Source of the DNA: an uncultured Candidatus Poseidoniales archaeon
Lineage (GTDB): Archaea; Thermoplasmatota; Poseidoniia; Poseidoniales; Poseidoniaceae
DNA: 40,172 nucleotides
NCBI GenBank assembly: GCA_964431435.1
Contig: CAYSJV010000002.1
Coordinates: 11,203 to 51,374 of the forward strand
Direction: 5' to 3'
Shown here: positions 36,141 to 40,172 of the stretch, one piece after another
Layout: every line of letters starts with the position of its first letter
How positions within the stretch are numbered: the stretch's first letter is position 1
Position numbers and translations under genes: made by a program
The notes under the pieces: generated by a model
Databases searched by the model: none
What the model was told of the DNA's origin: nothing
What the model saw: the letters and a program-made list of their open reading frames with translations, nothing else

Positions 36141-36470
36141 ATGGGATGGTGGCCTTTTTCAAATCGAAAAGAGAAAGCGACCATTAAAGATAAGGTGCAC
36201 ATAAAGGGTACTACTTTTTGGCTCACAGAAATGAGGGAACTTTGTGAAAAATATTTTGATGACTTCGAAGAAGGAAAATTAGAAGTAGTTAAGCTAAAGG
36301 AAAATTGGCTTGAATCCCAATCAAATGGAGAATTGGATGAAGCACTCACCGAGGGACTTGAATTAAGAGCAAATAATTTATTGAAATCAAGTGAAAATGA
36401 ATGGTTGGAGATATTGGATGATGATGATTTTTGGAAACCAGGATGGAGACCGCCTGTAGAAGAAGAGTGA
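36141..36470 (+). CDS. hypothetical acidic helical protein
   Basis: 109-aa ORF divergent from rlmH and 4 bp upstream of the next + gene. Confidence 0.78.
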   Translation: MGWWPFSNRKEKATIKDKVHIKGTTFWLTEMRELCEKYFDDFEEGKLEVVKLKENWLESQSNGELDEALTEGLELRANNLLKSSENEWLEILDDDDFWKPGWRPPVEEE

Positions 36471-36474
36471 GAAT

Positions 36475-37320
36475 ATGGACAATTTCTTTTTTTTTGAGTG
36501 CGGACCCGGATCAATATTTCTTGGTAATGATAAAGGTAGTCAGATGTATGTACAGGAGCAGCCACGACATGAAGTGATTTTCAAATCAGAATTTGAAATT
36601 TCAGAATGTGTAACTAAAGCCCAATGGGCACAAATAATGTCAGCAAGTAACTCTGAAGAATTCAATTCTGAAAAGTACCAACAACCCGCAGATGGGGTTA
36701 GCGCAAAAGAGATAGATATATTTTTGAAGAAATTAAATGATAAAGTTAGTAATGAAAAAGGGGGAATATTTAGGCTACCAAGTGAAGCAGAGTGGGAATT
36801 AGCCTATTCTACATTGGGTGAAAAATTCCTTATGCCACCACAAGGAGAGATTATTGCAGATTCCCCATTTCCAAATTATTGGGGTGCACCATGTGATGGT
36901 AGACCTCGAATTGATAGTTCTAGGAGTCAAGAGAGTCAATTTAAAATCACTAAGAAACCACATTTGATTAAGAAAAAAAATCCAGTAAGAGGTGTAATTA
37001 GGATTGATGAAGGACAAGAGGGGGTAGGTTTTAGGATAGTTTGGAGAAAGGGCAACATTGAGAAACAAGATTGGCTAAACTTACCGAACGAACCAGAAAA
37101 AATACCTATCTTGAAGCGGGAATTTTTATTTTTTTTATTATTAGGCGCAATTCCATCTTCATTAATTGCAGGATACAATAATTTTGAGTATCTCAAAGAT
37201 AGCATCATGAGTATACTTCTAGGCGGTTTGTTTTTTTCTTTAATTACATCTTTTGTTTGGAGGCCAAAACGTCCTACTTGGATTGTTGATGTTGAAAATT
37301 CCAAATTGATACAGAAATAA
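36475..37320 (+). CDS. FGE-sulfatase/SUMF1-like domain protein with two C-terminal TMs
   Basis: GSIFLG, EQPRHEV, VTKAQW, FRLPSEAEWE, VGFRIV. Confidence 0.8.
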   Translation: MDNFFFFECGPGSIFLGNDKGSQMYVQEQPRHEVIFKSEFEISECVTKAQWAQIMSASNSEEFNSEKYQQPADGVSAKEIDIFLKKLNDKVSNEKGGIFRLPSEAEWELAYSTLGEKFLMPPQGEIIADSPFPNYWGAPCDGRPRIDSSRSQESQFKITKKPHLIKKKNPVRGVIRIDEGQEGVGFRIVWRKGNIEKQDWLNLPNEPEKIPILKREFLFFLLLGAIPSSLIAGYNNFEYLKDSIMSILLGGLFFSLITSFVWRPKRPTWIVDVENSKLIQK

Positions 37321-37323
37321 GTT

Positions 37324-38397
37324 GTGGATAACATAATTACCAGTTTCCATTACGATAGGTTAGGTGACATTTTGCCACAACACCCATTTGGTCGAATAAA
37401 AGGAACAATTGAAGTAATTAATATTACTTCTAAATCTCTTCAAAATAACATGCTAGGAGATCCATATGAAAGGGCGGTGTCAGTATATTTACCTCCAAAT
37501 TACCATAACTCTGAAGAAAAGTATCCATTGATGGTAGATTTAGTAGGTTTCACAGGAAGTGGTTTTTCTCATACAAATTGGAAAGCATTTCAAGAATCTG
37601 TACCACAGAGGGTTGAACGACTTATAGAAGAAGGAAAAATGGGTCCAGTGATATTAGTACTTCCTGATTGTTTTACATCATTAGGCGGCAATCAATATAT
37701 TGATTCAATTGCCATGGGTAATTGGGCAGAATATCTTACCGAGGAGATGCTTCCAATTATTGAAGAATCTTATCGAGTACTAAAGGGACGAAATTCAAGA
37801 GCAGTGTTTGGAAAATCAAGTGGGGGCTATGGAGCAATGGTTCACGGAATGCTAAAAGCAAATTATTGGTCAGCAATTGCTGTACATTCAGGTGATGTAG
37901 GATTTGATAGAATCTATTTTGGCGAGTTTCCAAAAACAGTAGATGTTGTAAACAAATATGACGGTATTCACGGATTTTTGACACATATTGAAAAATCAAA
38001 TAAATTATCACACAGTGAATTTACTGCATTGATGGTATTAGCAATGTGTGCATCATTTGATCCAGATCCAAGTGGGCCAAAAGGTGTACGTCTTCCAGTA
38101 GATTTACACACCTGTGAACTAATCAATGAAAGGTGGGAAGCGTGGCAATCTTGTGATCCAATCTTTATGATTGAAGATGAGGAATGTCAAAAGAACCTCA
38201 ATACATTGTTGGGGATATACATAGATTGCGGATCTAGGGATCAATATAATATTCATTTTGGAACTAGACAATTAGTGAACCGTTTAAACGAGTTAGGCAT
38301 AGAACATTATTATGAAGAATTTGATGACACACATTCTTCAATAGATTATCGTATGGATATTTCATTGCCCTATTTGTATAGCAAAATTAAAAATTAG
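37324..38397 (+). CDS. alpha/beta-hydrolase esterase (Fes/putative esterase family)
   Basis: VYLPPNY, nucleophile elbow GKSSGGYGA, IYIDCGSRD, EEFDDTH. Confidence 0.88.
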   Translation: MDNIITSFHYDRLGDILPQHPFGRIKGTIEVINITSKSLQNNMLGDPYERAVSVYLPPNYHNSEEKYPLMVDLVGFTGSGFSHTNWKAFQESVPQRVERLIEEGKMGPVILVLPDCFTSLGGNQYIDSIAMGNWAEYLTEEMLPIIEESYRVLKGRNSRAVFGKSSGGYGAMVHGMLKANYWSAIAVHSGDVGFDRIYFGEFPKTVDVVNKYDGIHGFLTHIEKSNKLSHSEFTALMVLAMCASFDPDPSGPKGVRLPVDLHTCELINERWEAWQSCDPIFMIEDEECQKNLNTLLGIYIDCGSRDQYNIHFGTRQLVNRLNELGIEHYYEEFDDTHSSIDYRMDISLPYLYSKIKN

Positions 38398-40172
38398 AAA
38401 TCTAGTGTTTTTTGTTGAGGAAGAGAACGAACAGCATCTTGTGCACAAATTGCAGCTAAATGTACAATATCTCTTACCCCATCATTTCTTGCTAAAAGCT
38501 GAACAGGTTTTGCAAGCCCTTCTAAGATTGGACCAGTCATTTCAGCATCAGCTAATTTTTGTAGCAGTTTGTATGCAATATTTGCAGAAGCTAAATTGGG
38601 ACAAATCAATACATTTGCCGAGCCATCCAATACCATAAATTCAAATTGCTCTTGAATCGAAGAGTCAAGTGCAGTATCTGCTTGCATCGGGCCATCAATG
38701 ATTAAATCATGTTCAATTTCTCTTGCGATATTTATCGCATCTTCTATACGATCAGATCGTTGACCTCTACTAGACCCAAAATTTGAAAATGAAAGCATTG
38801 CAACTTTAGGAGTTAAACCAAATTTTTTGGCTACTTTAGAGGTTTGTACTGCAATTTCCGCCAAGGTTCTTGCATCTGGATATATGTTAACTGTAGCGTC
38901 AGCAAGGAACATCAATTTACCATTAACCGTCATCATATAACAACCAACTAAACAATGCGCATCAGAATCTTTACCAATTATTTGTAAACAGGGTCTTAGG
39001 ACATCAGGATAGTGTCGAGTAATACCCCCTAGGAAACCATCAGCATCACCTATTGCTACCATTTGTGCTGCAAAGTATGGTCGACTTTTAAGCAACCTTT
39101 CAGCGTCATCTAATGTCACCCCCTTTCTATTCCGATGCTCGTATAATTGTTGAGCATATTTCTCAATCCTACGTAAATCTTCACGAGGATTAATTACACT
39201 ACATTCAAATTCGAGGGAATGCTCTTCTTTCAATGCATCAATAGTTTCTTCATTACCCAACAAAATTGGTTCACAAATTCCTTCAAGGATACATTCTGAA
39301 GCAGCCTTGAGTATCTGAGGGTTATCTCCCTCTGGAAATACAATTCTCTTTTGTTTCCCTTTAACTTCATCAATTACATGCCGCATAACACTTCTAGTTA
39401 GACCTAAGCGCGCTTCTAATTCATCTCTATATTTCTCAATGTCGAATTTATCTGCATCTATACCTGCAACACCTTCTTCTACAGCAGCTTGCGCTACTGC
39501 AGATGCTTCCCATATCAATACCCTGCTATCAAATGGTTTTGGAATGATATAATCTCTTCCGAAACGTAATTCTTCACCATCATAGGCATTGCTAACTTCT
39601 TCAGGTACAGATTCGTGTGCAAGTTTAGCCAAGGCAAGAGTGGCAGCCATTTTCATTCCTTGTGTGATGTTTTTTGATCTAACATCTAAAGCGCCTCGAA
39701 AAATGTAGGGAAATCCAAGGACATTATTTACTTGATTAGGAAAATCCGATCGCCCAGTAGCAACGATTGCATCATCACAAACCGAATGCACCTCCGAGGG
39801 CATTATCTCTGGGGTAGGGTTTGCCAGTGCAAATACAATTGGCTTTTTGGCCATACGTTTAATCATTTCTTTAGTTACAATCCCTCCTTTTGATAATCCT
39901 AAGAATAAGTCAGCATCTTTTATTGCATCTGATAATTTTCCATCAGGCACGTCACGTGCAAATTTAGATTTATATTGATTCAAATTACCACCATCTACTC
40001 TTTTTTTGGTGATTATTCCCTTTGAATCACACATCAAAATATTTTCCTTTATTACACCCAAGATTACATAGTGTTCGGCACAAGATATTGCACTTGCACC
40101 AGCTCCGGAAATGACTACTTTAATTTTAGAAATATTTTTTCCTTGGACTTCAAGAGCATTAAGTAATGCTGC
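38394..40172 (-). CDS. maeB: NADP-dependent malic enzyme fused to PTA-like domain, 5' end outside window
   Basis: Frame open to the window end (AALLNALEV...VISGAGASAI); FALANPTPEI, ATGRSDFPNQVNNVLGFPYIFRGAL; PTA domain VFPEG, VAMLSFSNFGS, DGPMQADTA. Confidence 0.96.
   Translation of the reverse strand, partial: AALLNALEVQGKNISKIKVVISGAGASAISCAEHYVILGVIKENILMCDSKGIITKKRVDGGNLNQYKSKFARDVPDGKLSDAIKDADLFLGLSKGGIVTKEMIKRMAKKPIVFALANPTPEIMPSEVHSVCDDAIVATGRSDFPNQVNNVLGFPYIFRGALDVRSKNITQGMKMAATLALAKLAHESVPEEVSNAYDGEELRFGRDYIIPKPFDSRVLIWEASAVAQAAVEEGVAGIDADKFDIEKYRDELEARLGLTRSVMRHVIDEVKGKQKRIVFPEGDNPQILKAASECILEGICEPILLGNEETIDALKEEHSLEFECSVINPREDLRRIEKYAQQLYEHRNRKGVTLDDAERLLKSRPYFAAQMVAIGDADGFLGGITRHYPDVLRPCLQIIGKDSDAHCLVGCYMMTVNGKLMFLADATVNIYPDARTLAEIAVQTSKVAKKFGLTPKVAMLSFSNFGSSRGQRSDRIEDAINIAREIEHDLIIDGPMQADTALDSSIQEQFEFMVLDGSANVLICPNLASANIAYKLLQKLADAEMTGPILEGLAKPVQLLARNDGVRDIVHLAAICAQDAVRSLPQQKTLDF

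Noticed and set aside
36059-36565. 169-aa N-terminal extension of RlmH in the ORF track
   Set aside because: Overlaps real plus-strand genes in antisense; RlmH similarity starts at ATG 36058
1-40172. tRNA/rRNA genes, CRISPR arrays, IS elements, proviral genes, and the remaining short nested ORFs
   Set aside because: Intergenic gaps are short with no cloverleaf or repeat-spacer pattern seen by eye; no transposase/integrase motifs; nested ORFs are antisense or out-of-frame shadows. tRNAscan-SE/Infernal would be needed to exclude small ncRNAs.

Overview
AT-rich, gene-dense archaeal chromosomal segment. Archaeal markers include MCM, GatE, Trm1, Pth2, RaSEA and archaeal-type YchF. Their mix with bacterial-type genes (RlmH, MaeB, AddAB-like) and acidic membrane-anchored proteins points, by inference, to a marine Thermoplasmatota such as Marine Group II/Poseidoniales. 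About 29 CDSs are supported; trm1 and maeB are cut by the window edges. I saw no rRNA, tRNA, CRISPR array or mobile element. Highlights: (1) a near-consensus ORB (TTCCAGTGGAAATCAAGGGG) with an inverted half-site and an AT-rich GTAAAT-repeat tract in the divergent purM/mcm gap, a candidate mcm-linked oriC; (2) a membrane protein resembling cbb3 oxidase subunit I (CcoN) that has apparently lost its heme/CuB histidines and carries two EF-hands plus a SAP/HeH-like tail; (3) a putative B12-capture pair (beta-propeller/DUF4430 fusion plus CbrT-like ECF S-component) whose first gene lacks a canonical start codon for its signal peptide; (4) a very large AddAB-like helicase-nuclease pair with four-Cys motifs in both subunits. 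All family calls rest on motif recognition by eye, not database searches.
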